A DNA stretch of 64,000 nucleotides, taken from contig CDRNVI010000049.1 of NCBI GenBank assembly GCA_977017575.1, forward strand, positions 1 through 64,000. Reading direction: 5' to 3'. The notes beneath the pieces are model-generated. The model was not told the origin of the DNA and did not search any database. It was given only the letters and a program-made list of their open reading frames with translations. Shown piece after piece: positions 1 to 10,976 of this stretch (positions are counted from its first letter, which is position 1; each line of letters begins with the position of its first letter). This DNA comes from Paramoeba atlantica (lineage: Eukaryota > Protista > Discosea). Position numbers and translations under genes: made by a program.

Positions 1-2
1 CC

Positions 3-1163
3 CCCTCCCTTCAACACTACCTCGACTGGGCCCACCCCCCCACCACCCCCTCCCCCACCCCCTCCCTTCTTCTCCACGAGTGGCATCCACGAAATGCCCC
101 CCTCACCCCCACCGCGGTCCCCTACCACAGCGCACGGTTCCTTTGGTGGAGCTGCGCCACGTGCTCCGCGCCCTACCTCGCTCGGGTACGGCACCGCACG
201 CTTCTCCGCGGCCCCCACAGCCCCGCCTGCCCGCGCTGCGTTGCGGCCACCCACAGCCTGTGTCTCACCCACCCCACGCTCGCGGCCGAGTTCGCCGGGG
301 CCCTCCTGGACCCGCTGTCCGGGGATGCGGCGGGTGCGCTCGGGGTCGAGACCCTCACGGCGCTGGACATGGCGGTGGCGCGGTGGGGGTGTCACCGGTG
401 TGGGACACGGTGGTGGGCGGCGGTGGTGGAGCGCGCGGGGGCGGGGGGGATGGAGGGGGGGGAGGGTGGTGGTGGTGGTAGTGGGGAGGAAGAGCAAGGT
501 GGGGAACAAGGACGGGAAGGGGGGAAGGGGGGAGCAGAACAACCGATGGATTGCCCCACGTGTAGGGGGAGTGCCCCGAGGACGGGGTTGGTGGCGGGAC
601 GAGGGGTGGGGGGTGTGGGGGGGAAGAGAGAGGAACCGGCAAAGCTTGTGCCAGAGAAACCGTGTGAGAAGCCACAGCTGAGCGTTCCGGAAAGTGAGTT
701 GTGTTCGAACCCCATTTTTGCGAATAGCATGTTGCTGAATTACCCGTTTTTGTACCAAGAAATGGATGAAAAATATTATCGCCACGTATCATGGAATCGC
801 TTAGCGCGGATATCCATCTTCTCGCGCGAACTAGCTCGTTGGATATGTATTCGGTGCTCTAAGTCATACGCGTCGTCTCCATTCGAACGAATCTTTTCGT
901 CGAACAAGAGTGGTAGAATACCAACGCGAGAGGGTCAAAAAATACGAATGCGTGACCTTCCCATATGCTGCCCCAAATGTCGGTGGACCTCTGGATATGA
1001 TCCTCTTGAACCTGTTTTGGGTCAAGAACAGACGGAACCTAACACACCCGCACCGAACTTACATAAAGTCAGTTGTCGCAGTAAGCGTGTCCCGGGTAGG
1101 TCCAATCCTTCATTCTTCAGTAGACGGTCTTACCCTCGGTGGGTTGATGATGCTGTAAATTGA
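3..1163 (+). CDS. DUF4379-type (probable zinc-ribbon) repeat protein, 5'-truncated by the window edge
   Basis: The frame of track ORF 369..1163 is open back to position 3. It reads LLLHEWHPRNAPLTPTAVPYHSARFLWWSCATC...ACPRC, then LTHPTLAAEF...RWGCHRC...CPTC, then LNYPFLYQEM...RWICIRC...CCPKC. These are three copies of the HP-LA-EW/WW-CxxC...CPxC zinc-ribbon repeat. Confidence 0.75.
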   Translation, partial: PSLQHYLDWAHPPTTPSPTPSLLLHEWHPRNAPLTPTAVPYHSARFLWWSCATCSAPYLARVRHRTLLRGPHSPACPRCVAATHSLCLTHPTLAAEFAGALLDPLSGDAAGALGVETLTALDMAVARWGCHRCGTRWWAAVVERAGAGGMEGGEGGGGGSGEEEQGGEQGREGGKGGAEQPMDCPTCRGSAPRTGLVAGRGVGGVGGKREEPAKLVPEKPCEKPQLSVPESELCSNPIFANSMLLNYPFLYQEMDEKYYRHVSWNRLARISIFSRELARWICIRCSKSYASSPFERIFSSNKSGRIPTREGQKIRMRDLPICCPKCRWTSGYDPLEPVLGQEQTEPNTPAPNLHKVSCRSKRVPGRSNPSFFSRRSYPRWVDDAVN

Positions 1164-1412
1164 CATGAGCAGCAGTAGGCAAGACGAAGGGTGGTCTCCG
1201 TGTGCTGTACTATACTACTGAAGAATGTACTCGTTAGGGGGGACCTTCGATGTGTAAGCATTGAAAGTTGTAGACTACGGATCTGCCTTCCTCTATTTCT
1301 TCCCTAGGTCTACGTATCCTTCTATGGGCCCGTATCCGTATAGTTCTATGTTACGAGTTTTTATTTTCATTGGAGTTATTTCTCTTTAATACCACCTCTT
1401 TTGTGACGGAAA

Positions 1413-1991
1413 ATGAATTCGAAACGATCTGGTAAACCGAAAGAGGATAGGCACAAGCTTGATAAGGAACTAAAGACTCTTCATTTCCAAGCTGCTAATT
1501 TAGATCGCAAGAACTGGAATAAAAAACAAAAGCGTGACCACGACTGGAAGCACTTTGAAAGTTTGGGAGGCGGTTCAAGGCCAAAACAACGGCAAGGATA
1601 CGTCGAGCACTTACGACGCACGCACAAAAGAAACCGGCTTGACCGCGAAGACGCAATATGCGAACGCCGTACAGGCCAATATGACCTTACAAGAGGAAGC
1701 GCCGTTCGCCGTCTTCGTCAAAAAGTCCAGAAGCGCCGTGTTAAAGTAATTAAGCGCCTTAGATACGAATCACATCATATGGGAAATCCGCATGTGATCT
1801 ACACGGCAGGACGATTAAACAAGAAGAGCCAGAACTTGGAACTTTCGTCACGGTTGCAAAGGCGTATTGGCAGAACTCAAAATCATCAAGATGTCATCTT
1901 AGACAAAGTTTGTCGGGACATGAAACGGGAAACTTTTTCTGGAAACTTTCTCTCTGGGAAACAAAGTTCTGTCTACAGAAAAAAAAGGTGA
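1413..1991 (+). CDS. Basic 192-aa protein, tentatively Faf1/C1orf131-like 40S biogenesis factor
   Basis: Lys/Arg-rich ORF on the gene-cluster strand. The FESLGG..PK.R.GY segment resembles the DUF4602/Faf1 motif. The family call is tentative. Confidence 0.5.
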   Translation: MNSKRSGKPKEDRHKLDKELKTLHFQAANLDRKNWNKKQKRDHDWKHFESLGGGSRPKQRQGYVEHLRRTHKRNRLDREDAICERRTGQYDLTRGSAVRRLRQKVQKRRVKVIKRLRYESHHMGNPHVIYTAGRLNKKSQNLELSSRLQRRIGRTQNHQDVILDKVCRDMKRETFSGNFLSGKQSSVYRKKR

Positions 1992-2327
1992 CGTAGATAA
2001 AGAAGTTTCTGTCTATACCTCTTTATTCCGTACGTGTATACTCTGAGTTTGCTGCGAATACATTGAATTAGATGCCTTAGGAACATGCGTACATGTATAC
2101 TAATATGATATTAGTATTGTGATATTAGTATTGTGATATTATAATATCACAATACTTTATGCAGGGAAATACACAATGTTGTATGCAGCGACGGTTTAAC
2201 TCGAGTTTTTTCAGAGTGTAACGGCTAAAGAAGGTCATAAAATAGTAATTTGTATTAAGATGGAGTACACTATTGCGAATATCGGACAGAAACAATTACT
2301 GCATTAGTGCTATAATACTTTATTATC

Positions 2328-5300
2328 ATGGCTAAAAAGATACGTAAGGTTGGACAGCGCAAGTCCAATTCGTGGAGTCCTGCTACGCCAAATGCCAGTA
2401 CAAATAAAAGCGTTAAAAAAGCGCAACACAAAACTACGGCAGAAAAGAAAAATCAGCGTACTCGACGATCCGAAAGTGTGACCAGCAACGAAAAACATAT
2501 AATTCAGGAACCAGAAATGGGATATGATGTGTCACCAACACCAATATCCTTGATAGAGGTACTAAACTCTTCTGCCAATGTCACGATCATTGCGACCGAG
2601 CTGTTTAACCTTTTAATCAACCCTGAGACACCGCAAGGGGAATCTCAAAAGCGTCGGCGCTCAAAAAGCAATGACATTGGCCCATCACAATCGAAGACCT
2701 CATCTTTGGATAAAGTACTCGCAGCACTAGTGAATCTTCTGTGTCGTGCCTGCGGGTCAACAGTTGAACTGGAGCTATGGCAAGTGCAACAGGACGATAT
2801 TCAATCTACTTTGGAAGAAGTCTTTTTGCGTATTGATCCCACTGCAGAAGCGTACCTCTTAGTCAACAAAGATTCAAAGTACAAAAACATTCGCAAAAAT
2901 TTCTCGCCTTTTTGGCGTATTTTGGTAGAACGGAGTACCGAATATCACAAACTTGTCCAACTGCTCGACCGTTTGAGTCCCTGGATCATATCCATGAGTG
3001 ATAGTAAGAGTCGAGCGTTCCGGCATACTGCGACATTGTGTGCTTATTCAATTATTTCTGGATTGAGCAGTGTGCTGCGCGAAGCAGAGGAGTCGTTGTT
3101 GACAAGTCGGCGACCGGCAGATGTGAGGACTACTATGCAGGAAATTACACGAATAATTCTTGAGCTATTTCGAGATGTTTTTACGATGCGGGTACGCGAC
3201 TTGTTCGTGGAGCTACGTATTGCTTCCATACGTTCTCTTCAAGACTGGATGTGTGAGTTTCCTTCACAATATGTCAAGCCTGAATACGCCAAAAATTTGG
3301 GGTTTTTGCTTCATGATCGCAAACCTGAAGTACGCAACGCTTCATTAGAGGCATTAATCAGCGTGTATTCCATGGATACAGAAAGCATCACGCCGATGGA
3401 TAGATTTACCGAAAGATTTCGAGAGCGTTTCGCCGAAATGACTCGAGACGTTGACCCAAATTGTGTCGAAGCGGCCCTTCGTCTGTGTTCACTGGTGCTA
3501 AAATGCGATCACAAGCAGAATCGACTTGACGAAGACGGGACATATGATCGCGAAAGCTTGAATCAGATGTTGTCGACGTGCTTTGCTGAGACCGATAAAG
3601 TGAGAGGTTCCGCCGGTACGTTTTTGCGGCAAGTGCTTCGAATCAATACTTCAGGTTATCCTATCTTGGAAAGGGAACAGAAACAAGTGGATATGCTTTT
3701 GGGATTTGTTACTGAGGCAAGAGACGACAAAGGAATAACCAATGCCGCCAGTTACGTAGTAGATGCTCTATGGAACGTTGCTAGTAGTGAGCATTTGAGC
3801 CAGAAGCGCAAAGCAAAGGAGGAGCAAGGTTCTGTCACTGCTTCGGCCGCCGTTTTGCAAGTTGCACAAAGTTCTTCTGCCGAAACACCAATAGCACGTA
3901 GCGCTGTAGAATTGTTGGCCGCTACAATGGAGAAGCTGAACGGCAGATTAATTTTAGTACGTGATCGGAAACCGACACTGTCAAAGCATGAAAGAGTGGG
4001 CCAGAAGTCCTCCTCAGATATGTGGCTTACACTCAGCGTGTCATGCACAACAGTGGTCCTCCATGGTATTGATTTCCATAAATCCGAAACATCGATGCTT
4101 ATAGCTACTTCCAGATTGTTGAAAGCAATGAATATGCAGGCGTGGGAAATGCAACATATGGAAAAGCGGTTCAAGTCGGTAATCGAGTTCTTTTCTAACA
4201 CAATCATGAATACGACGGACGTAGTGTTGCAGAGTACCGTAATTCAACTATTTCACGAAATTAAGGACTCCACAGCAACTTCCTCTTTAGTAAATATGGA
4301 GAATATATTGAAAAAAATATCACGTTCTGCTGTACGAGAAATGAGTGAGCTTACGAGTGACGAATCGACTGATAAGAAACTGGTGTTATGGAATCGAGCC
4401 AATGCTTTGTGTGATATTGATAGTATGGAGGGCCTATTACCGTATGCTCAGAAATGGTTAAACGCTGCCAATAAAGATGATCATGAGGAATCGAAACCTA
4501 TTCCACTGGATCAAGATTTGTCACGATCGATCACTCTTTCTCTTGAATTAGAAGATAACAATGCTATTCAATCCGCTTGTACAAAACACTATGTGCCCTT
4601 AATTGGGCTTAACGATATTGCGCTTCTAGAATGTGTCACAAGCTGTGCGTATAAGTGTGTAATGTGGCACCTTTCGAAGGGAAACCAGGACACATGCAAT
4701 GCAACGGAGATCTGTAAAAGCCTTGTTTATCTGATGAGCAGGTTAGAATCACAGAACTCTGCGTCAGCATCCTTTCTAACGGTACATATTTTGGCCTACT
4801 TATCGGATTTAGCTTTGATCCCGCGATCCACAATTTCCGATATCGTGAGGTCCGCGATCCGCAAAATGTTTTCTCTCGTTTGCGCAATTTTAGGAGAAAT
4901 GTACAACGAAAAGAAGAAACGTATTGCTGAACTATTGAGCGTGAAGGTATCTCAAGAAGTTTTGAAAGGAATGGATGATCACGCAGCTGAAATCACGGAT
5001 CTCCACGAGGAACAACTCCGTATCGAGTACGAATTATATTGTCTTACGGCAGCTATGTACCGGCTTGTTAATTTTGGTGTCCTAGGTTTCGAGGATACTA
5101 CAATGATTTTGCAACATTGGACCAAGGTTCCTTGCAAAACTTCTACTGATATCATGAAGGACTTGTTTCGCGCGGCTCGAGCGAACGCTGGTCAGCGACC
5201 TGGGGTGAAACCTTATGAGCTAGAACTCGGAATTGTACTGCAAGGGTTTCAAAGTGCTGTTAGTCAAGGTGAATCTCCATTCGCAGTAGATGCGTTTCAA

Positions 5301-6107
5301 AGCCTTTGCTCTAAGCTGTCGCAAACCCACTTTATGCCGCATTTAGATAAATATTATTCCGTAGTACCAAATCTAATTCAGGAAGTTGTAAAACTCGTGA
5401 GGGAATCACCCGAGACCAAAGGTCTCCTAATGCTAGGCGTATCATCTTTTATTTCTCGTTTGCGAATACAGGATGCGACGCACTTTTTGAAAGTCATAAA
5501 TCCAGGCAACTTTATGAGCGTTGCTCCAGCATACAAAGCTGTCTTTTTGGGGGCACTGCGTCGTGTTGCTCATCAAGGTCCGAGAGATCAAGCGAGCGAA
5601 GGACAGGTCGATCGAGAACATGACGATGAGGGCGAAGATTTCCTGGCCAATGAAATTATACTTCCAGAACGTGACGCAAAAACTTCTGAGGAAATTACGT
5701 ATGGGCGACAGGTACAAGTTACACCAGCACGCAGTAAGCCCAAAATTGGAAAACGAAATAACCGCAAAATACAGAGAACGCCGAACGCCCATATTACCGA
5801 AACAGGATGGCGGTCGCGAGATCGAAATCATCTCAAAGGTCAAGATGAACCAGCACTCACGTTTACTTCAACTCCTGTCGAACTACAAGAGGCTTCTCCT
5901 AGTTTCGGGTATGAAACTGGATTCACTGAAAATAATCTAATCAATACAGTTGCCAAACCCGTTATTGCGCTGGAATCTACACACTCAAAGGGCCTGCATG
6001 AACTTGATAATGCCACCGAAACTAACACTCCGAATCAAACGACAGAAACAGTGCCTATGGAAGAGAGTTCCGAACTTTTTGTAGAATCTCAACTATGGGC
6101 CGATTAA
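2328..6107 (+). CDS. SCC3: Cohesin subunit SCC3/STAG
   Basis: 1259 aa. STAG motif KSRAFRHTATL and SCD region RVRDLFVELRIASIRSLQDWMCEFP...YAKNLGFLLHDRKPEVR. Confidence 0.9.
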   Translation: MAKKIRKVGQRKSNSWSPATPNASTNKSVKKAQHKTTAEKKNQRTRRSESVTSNEKHIIQEPEMGYDVSPTPISLIEVLNSSANVTIIATELFNLLINPETPQGESQKRRRSKSNDIGPSQSKTSSLDKVLAALVNLLCRACGSTVELELWQVQQDDIQSTLEEVFLRIDPTAEAYLLVNKDSKYKNIRKNFSPFWRILVERSTEYHKLVQLLDRLSPWIISMSDSKSRAFRHTATLCAYSIISGLSSVLREAEESLLTSRRPADVRTTMQEITRIILELFRDVFTMRVRDLFVELRIASIRSLQDWMCEFPSQYVKPEYAKNLGFLLHDRKPEVRNASLEALISVYSMDTESITPMDRFTERFRERFAEMTRDVDPNCVEAALRLCSLVLKCDHKQNRLDEDGTYDRESLNQMLSTCFAETDKVRGSAGTFLRQVLRINTSGYPILEREQKQVDMLLGFVTEARDDKGITNAASYVVDALWNVASSEHLSQKRKAKEEQGSVTASAAVLQVAQSSSAETPIARSAVELLAATMEKLNGRLILVRDRKPTLSKHERVGQKSSSDMWLTLSVSCTTVVLHGIDFHKSETSMLIATSRLLKAMNMQAWEMQHMEKRFKSVIEFFSNTIMNTTDVVLQSTVIQLFHEIKDSTATSSLVNMENILKKISRSAVREMSELTSDESTDKKLVLWNRANALCDIDSMEGLLPYAQKWLNAANKDDHEESKPIPLDQDLSRSITLSLELEDNNAIQSACTKHYVPLIGLNDIALLECVTSCAYKCVMWHLSKGNQDTCNATEICKSLVYLMSRLESQNSASASFLTVHILAYLSDLALIPRSTISDIVRSAIRKMFSLVCAILGEMYNEKKKRIAELLSVKVSQEVLKGMDDHAAEITDLHEEQLRIEYELYCLTAAMYRLVNFGVLGFEDTTMILQHWTKVPCKTSTDIMKDLFRAARANAGQRPGVKPYELELGIVLQGFQSAVSQGESPFAVDAFQSLCSKLSQTHFMPHLDKYYSVVPNLIQEVVKLVRESPETKGLLMLGVSSFISRLRIQDATHFLKVINPGNFMSVAPAYKAVFLGALRRVAHQGPRDQASEGQVDREHDDEGEDFLANEIILPERDAKTSEEITYGRQVQVTPARSKPKIGKRNNRKIQRTPNAHITETGWRSRDRNHLKGQDEPALTFTSTPVELQEASPSFGYETGFTENNLINTVAKPVIALESTHSKGLHELDNATETNTPNQTTETVPMEESSELFVESQLWAD

Positions 6108-6631
6108 GGCGAAAGCGGGATACGTACGCAAAATTGAGCTTTAAGTTCACCAAGCAATAAAAAGTACATGTAAATGTATTGATTTTTGACCTACATGAAA
6201 AATTGGAACGGTATTTACTGACTGACTAGTGAGATTTATGAAATAATTTATGTGTTCGGCTTGAATTTATTTTATTCATAGGTTTTTTAATTATGTCACC
6301 TTTTGAATCACACGATCAATTTGCGGTGTACAGGATTCCCACAGAAACTTGTAGTATACAAGCTTGTAAAATAGTTGTGGTTGAAAAGCAAGATTTTATA
6401 CGGTTGTGTAGTCAGATGAACGGACAATTACGTTCACTGGGAGCTGGCCATAAATGAGTGTGCCGAAAGAAGAATATAAGAAAACTTATTAAAGCAGTGA
6501 TGTACGTATTATATGTGCATGACACATATGGTACTGCATGATGCTATAAATTATAGTGTCGCATCGAATAATACGATTCAGCATATTGTGTTATTCTTTT
6601 TAGAACTTTCCTTGAACTATACATCTTGAGT

Positions 6632-7180
6632 ATGACTGCCTACGACCGTTTCTCTCTGCTGGACTTGTTTAGTCTAGGACTAACGAACATTGATCGTTTG
6701 ACTGAAACGTATTCCGTCGGATTCTACGGGCTATATTTGACACAATGGCCAGAGTGTTCTATAATTGCTCGTCATTCAACCTCGGGCCAAAACATGGGTT
6801 ACGTCATAGGAAAGGTTGAAGGAGAAGGAGAAGATTGGCATGGTCACGTTTCTGCAGTTACGGTAGCTTCACCATTTCGAAGACAAGGTTTGGCACGACT
6901 TTTGATGTGTTATATCGAAGCGGTTTCAGACAAACTTCACAAGGGGTACTTTGTAGATCTTTTTGTACGAAAATCGAATAATACAGCTCAAATCATGTAT
7001 GAAAAGCTAGGATACATAGTTTATCGGCGAGTCTTAAAATATTACCAAGGCTCTAAAGAGATTTCTGATGAGGATGCGTTGGACATGAGAAAACCAATGA
7101 CAGCCAACACTTCTAGGAAGAAATCTGCTGTTATTCCGTTAAAGCATCCAATCTTGCCTCACCAGCTTGAGTGGCAATAA
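6632..7180 (+). CDS. NAA20: N-terminal acetyltransferase B catalytic subunit
   Basis: DRLTETYSVGFYGLYLTQWPE, MGYVIGKVEGEGEDWHGHVSAVTVA, FRRQGLA, YFVDLFVRKSN, EDALDMRK. ATG at 6632 follows a pyrimidine tract and AG. Confidence 0.95.
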   Translation: MTAYDRFSLLDLFSLGLTNIDRLTETYSVGFYGLYLTQWPECSIIARHSTSGQNMGYVIGKVEGEGEDWHGHVSAVTVASPFRRQGLARLLMCYIEAVSDKLHKGYFVDLFVRKSNNTAQIMYEKLGYIVYRRVLKYYQGSKEISDEDALDMRKPMTANTSRKKSAVIPLKHPILPHQLEWQ

Positions 7181-8309
7181 TCTTTCAATGCAAGACAATG
7201 ATTATGTAGTACGCGAAACTGAGCTGCGGGCGTCAACTTAGAGGCATACTTCGCAAAGGAAAATGTACCGCCCATTGAGTTTTGTACATTATCGTTTTTT
7301 TTTGTTAGCATTTTTTCTGAATGTCATCTCAAGCTCCACCCTGCAAAATGCTCCCGATGTTTTCTACAGTACGTTGCGTCCTTTCACGCCGCTGAAAAAA
7401 AATTCCTATGTTTCCTCAAGAGTGTGCGGCTTGAGGTGACATTAAACAAGTGCACAAAAATAATAATAACCTTTTGTCTCTTTGCTTTACATTCCACCAA
7501 TTTCTGTTTTTGTTCGACTGGTACCGACGCTGGGTACGATAGCTCGGCGAAGGTTTTTGTTTCATAAAATTATTGGACATTGTTCTTACTAGTAAGCATG
7601 TTTTTGTCTTCCAAGCACTACGTCTACATCTCTAACGAACGTTTTGCCACGGTTTGCGTAGAACGCCGTGAAATTTCTTGTGCTCAGGGCGTGCCCATGA
7701 GCTAGGTTGACTAATGTGTGCGAGAGACTGTATTTTATGGCTCGGAGGCACAAAGCCATTGCTCAAACCGTGAGATGCAAAAGTGGACATTCACAAACCG
7801 TGTACGTTACGAAGAGGGCGGTGGGAGGTCAGCCTTCTGACCTGGCTTGAGCACTGCAAGCAGTGTTCCGACTCCCATTGTGAGCTGCGCCACGATTAAA
7901 TTATTGCTTAACGCAATGGGCAGCAAAAAAGGTAGCAATGCAAAAAAAAGTATGGTGTATAAAATAGATTCCAATTTACCTGTACGTTGCAATATGGCTC
8001 TGATAAGGGTGTAAAACATTTTCATAATGTTTGCTACAATGGGAATAATTGTGGTAAATGCTCCACAACGTTTTGTATTTGTCATCCGCAACGGTAATTA
8101 AATTATTTATGAATGTTGATTATTACTAAACATTTTCGAAGGGGGATACAAAAACGTATCGTATTGTCTGTTTAACCGCATACAATGTAGTACAACTACG
8201 GTGAATCACTTCCGCTTTAAAATTTCTTTTTGTACACCATGTAGCTTAGGAAAACGTTCTCGTACATTGTATATTACCATTCTGTGTTTATTAGCATTCA
8301 GCTTTGTCA

Positions 8310-9731
8310 ATGTCTAGTAGTCTTCTCCAGAAAGAAGCTTTGCGCAATGCTTCGACCATAGCAAATGATCTACGTTCATTTTTGCACCGCGCCGTCACCC
8401 CGTTTCACGTGATTAAAATCGTAGCAGAGATGCTGCGAGAGGCGGGGTTTTGTACAATGCAGAGTACTGGTACAAATACCTTATGTGCCTCTAATGTTTT
8501 TATGACAAAGAACGATTCAGCCTTGATTGCAGTTGCACGCAGTGGAAAATACAATCCTAGAAATGGGGCGACTATTGTTGCAGCCCACACAGATTCTCCT
8601 AATTTGATGCTTAAGCCTAAGAGTATAATTTCAAATCAATCCTATGAATCTGTCGCTGTGCAGTGTTACGGTGGAGGCCTGTGGCACACCTGGTTTGATC
8701 GAGACTTGAGTATCGCGGGACGAATGGTTTTGGAAAACCCAGAGACCCAAGAATCGAAGTCACGGGTTTTATCTACACATTTGGTTGATTTACGTCGTCC
8801 AGTCTTGCACATTCCGAATCTTGCTATTCACTTGCAGAGCTCAGAGGAACGTGAAGCCTTTCGCTTCAACAAAGAAAAACATATTCGTCCAGTCCTATGC
8901 ACTGCTCTTTCCAAAGAAATCAGCGGTACAGAGCTACCCCAGGGAGGAAAACATGATTCAGGGCTGCTACAGGAACTTTTGGGGCAATGCGACAAGATTT
9001 CTGAAAATGTTGCTGTGTTGGATGCTGATCTTATGGCATATGACACTGCTGCCCCAGGACTTATTGGGCTGTATGGCGAGTTTCTTCGCTCAGCACGCTT
9101 AGATAATCTTGTCAGTTGTTACTGCGCGGTAAAGGCTCTTATTGACTCGTTGGATACAATCGAACAAGAGAATATGGCTCGTATTGTTGTTTTGTATGAC
9201 CACGAAGAAGTAGGCTCTGCATCGCTCAGTGGAGCTCACGGAACGCTTCTTCAGGAAATTATACCATACCTAACGCATTCCAACGTTTCCAGCGAGTGCA
9301 TTATAAACAGGGATGATTTCTTAAAAAGATCTTTTTGTATTTCTGCAGATGGTGCCCACGGACTTCATCCGAATTATCCGGATAAGCACAATGCAGAACA
9401 CAGTCCTTATTTGCAGGGAGGACCTGTATTAAAGCACAATTGCAATATGCGTTATGCAACGGATGCCTGCGGTGCATCTGTAGCACGACTGATCGCTAAA
9501 AGCGCAGAGGTTCCCCTACAAGATTTTGTTGTGCGCAACGATAGTTCATGTGGTAGCACAATTGGACCTATCCTGTCTTCGCAAACAGGAATACGCACGG
9601 TGGATATTGGAGTTCCTATGTGGGCGATGCACAGTATTCGTGAAACGTGTGGTATTATGGACGTGTTTTACTTGCATAAATTACTAGTAGCGTTCTTTTC
9701 AGAGTATGGCACTATATCCTGGACGTCGTGA
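8310..9731 (+). CDS. DNPEP: Aspartyl aminopeptidase (peptidase M18)
   Basis: TPFHV, AHTDSP, YGGGLWHTWFDRDL, RLDNLVSC, DHEEVGS, SADGAHGLHPNY, CGSTIGPI, MWAMHSIRE. Confidence 0.95.
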   Translation: MSSSLLQKEALRNASTIANDLRSFLHRAVTPFHVIKIVAEMLREAGFCTMQSTGTNTLCASNVFMTKNDSALIAVARSGKYNPRNGATIVAAHTDSPNLMLKPKSIISNQSYESVAVQCYGGGLWHTWFDRDLSIAGRMVLENPETQESKSRVLSTHLVDLRRPVLHIPNLAIHLQSSEEREAFRFNKEKHIRPVLCTALSKEISGTELPQGGKHDSGLLQELLGQCDKISENVAVLDADLMAYDTAAPGLIGLYGEFLRSARLDNLVSCYCAVKALIDSLDTIEQENMARIVVLYDHEEVGSASLSGAHGTLLQEIIPYLTHSNVSSECIINRDDFLKRSFCISADGAHGLHPNYPDKHNAEHSPYLQGGPVLKHNCNMRYATDACGASVARLIAKSAEVPLQDFVVRNDSSCGSTIGPILSSQTGIRTVDIGVPMWAMHSIRETCGIMDVFYLHKLLVAFFSEYGTISWTS

Positions 9732-10067
9732 CCCAACGGTTCAGGGTATACACACTATTAAAAATAGCCAACGTTACTTTAAATCCAGTTCTGTAAAACT
9801 ACAGATGGTAAATGAAGTGAACATGCGGCACATATTGGCTTCCATGGAGTCAAAAACTTACTACTACGATAAATTAGGTCAGACAAAATAAGGCAAATTA
9901 CCTTCAAATCAAAGCTAGACTAGCTTATTATACATGAGCACTAGCCTAGTACCACTGTATTTTCTTGATTACGAATTACTTCACTGGAATTCTATAGGAA
10001 TTTACATGACAGACACAAAGACGTGCACTCATCCTTAGGTTTCTCCCTACGATATTAAAAAGGCTTC

Positions 10068-10976
10068 ATGTTATCCCGCAGCGCTCGAAGACACTTTTCT
10101 AGGCTTGTTGTCTTTGGCGGTGGCACGCGCGGCGGTGGGATTGCTCATCTTTCAGCTGCCCACGGAATGGACGTAACGGTCGTTGAGGCAACACGAAGTC
10201 TTTCGGAGCACTGTGAACGAGCCGTACACGAATGCTTACGGAGGACAGCTGAGCAAATGGCAGAGACCAATGTAGTCGGACATGAGGACTACGTGGAACG
10301 GGTAAATTCAAAGCTCAACTTTACAAGTGAAGGTATAGAGGCCGATCGAGTCACAGAGCAGGCCGATCTTATCATTGAAGCAATTGTGGAAGATATGGCC
10401 AGTAAACGGAAGTTATGGTCCAGGTTAGATGGACTTGCTCCCCCTGAATGCGTATTTGCATCAAATACTACATCATTGTCTGTGCGCTCGCAAGCGGAGG
10501 CCACGAATCGACCTCAACAATTTTTGGGTCTACATTTTTTCCCACCTATAGTGCTTATGAAACTGGTTGAAGTTGTTAAGACTGAACAAACCTCTGAGAA
10601 CGTGTTAAACCAAATTCTAGAATACGTCAAAGATATCGGCAAAGAGGCTGTTCTGTGTCGCGACACGAAAGGGTTTATCGTTAACCGACTGCTAGTGCCT
10701 CTAATCCTTGAAGCAGCCCGTATGGTTGAGCGTGGTGACGCTACTAAGGAAGATGTGGATCGGGCTATGAGACTAGGCGCCGGTCATCCATTGGGACCCT
10801 TTGCGTTGTGCGACAACATAGGTGTGGATGTAATTTCCAATATTAACAAAGCGTGGCATCAAGAAAGCCCAGGCGAAAGTTTGTTTAAAGTTGTTTCACT
10901 CATTCAAGACACTGCTTCTGAAGGAAAATGGGGCAAAAAGTCAGGAGAGGGTTTCTACAAATACGTTAAAAAATAG
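10068..10976 (+). CDS. HADH: 3-hydroxyacyl-CoA dehydrogenase (short-chain type)
   Basis: Rossmann GGG..GGGIA, IEAIVED, FASNTTSL, GLHFF, GFIVNRLL, RLGAGHPLGPFAL.DNIG.D, GKKSGEGFYKY. Confidence 0.92.
   Translation: MLSRSARRHFSRLVVFGGGTRGGGIAHLSAAHGMDVTVVEATRSLSEHCERAVHECLRRTAEQMAETNVVGHEDYVERVNSKLNFTSEGIEADRVTEQADLIIEAIVEDMASKRKLWSRLDGLAPPECVFASNTTSLSVRSQAEATNRPQQFLGLHFFPPIVLMKLVEVVKTEQTSENVLNQILEYVKDIGKEAVLCRDTKGFIVNRLLVPLILEAARMVERGDATKEDVDRAMRLGAGHPLGPFALCDNIGVDVISNINKAWHQESPGESLFKVVSLIQDTASEGKWGKKSGEGFYKYVKK

Noticed and set aside
1-660. Telomeric or subtelomeric repeat
   Set aside because: There are no TTAGGG/CCCTAA arrays. The C- and G-runs lie within a coding frame.
80-792. Track ORFs 80..481, 94..681, 173..370, 355..792 and 392..730
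   Set aside because: These are GC-rich shadow frames. The frame open from base 3 contains recognisable zinc-ribbon repeats and explains the region.
2127-2156. Perfect 30-bp AT-rich palindrome AGTATTGTGATATTA/TAATATCACAATACT
   Set aside because: It is single-copy, arises from a 14-bp local tandem duplication, and has no supporting context for function.
7662-7850. Possible selenoprotein (frame reading ...RACP-TGA-ARL...)
   Set aside because: A TAG lies immediately upstream, there is no ATG before the TGA, and no well-paired SECIS was found downstream.
7807-8091. 94-aa hydrophobic minus-strand ORF
   Set aside because: It is opposite to the cluster strand, has a non-ATG track start, and its hydrophobicity comes from A-rich intergenic sequence.
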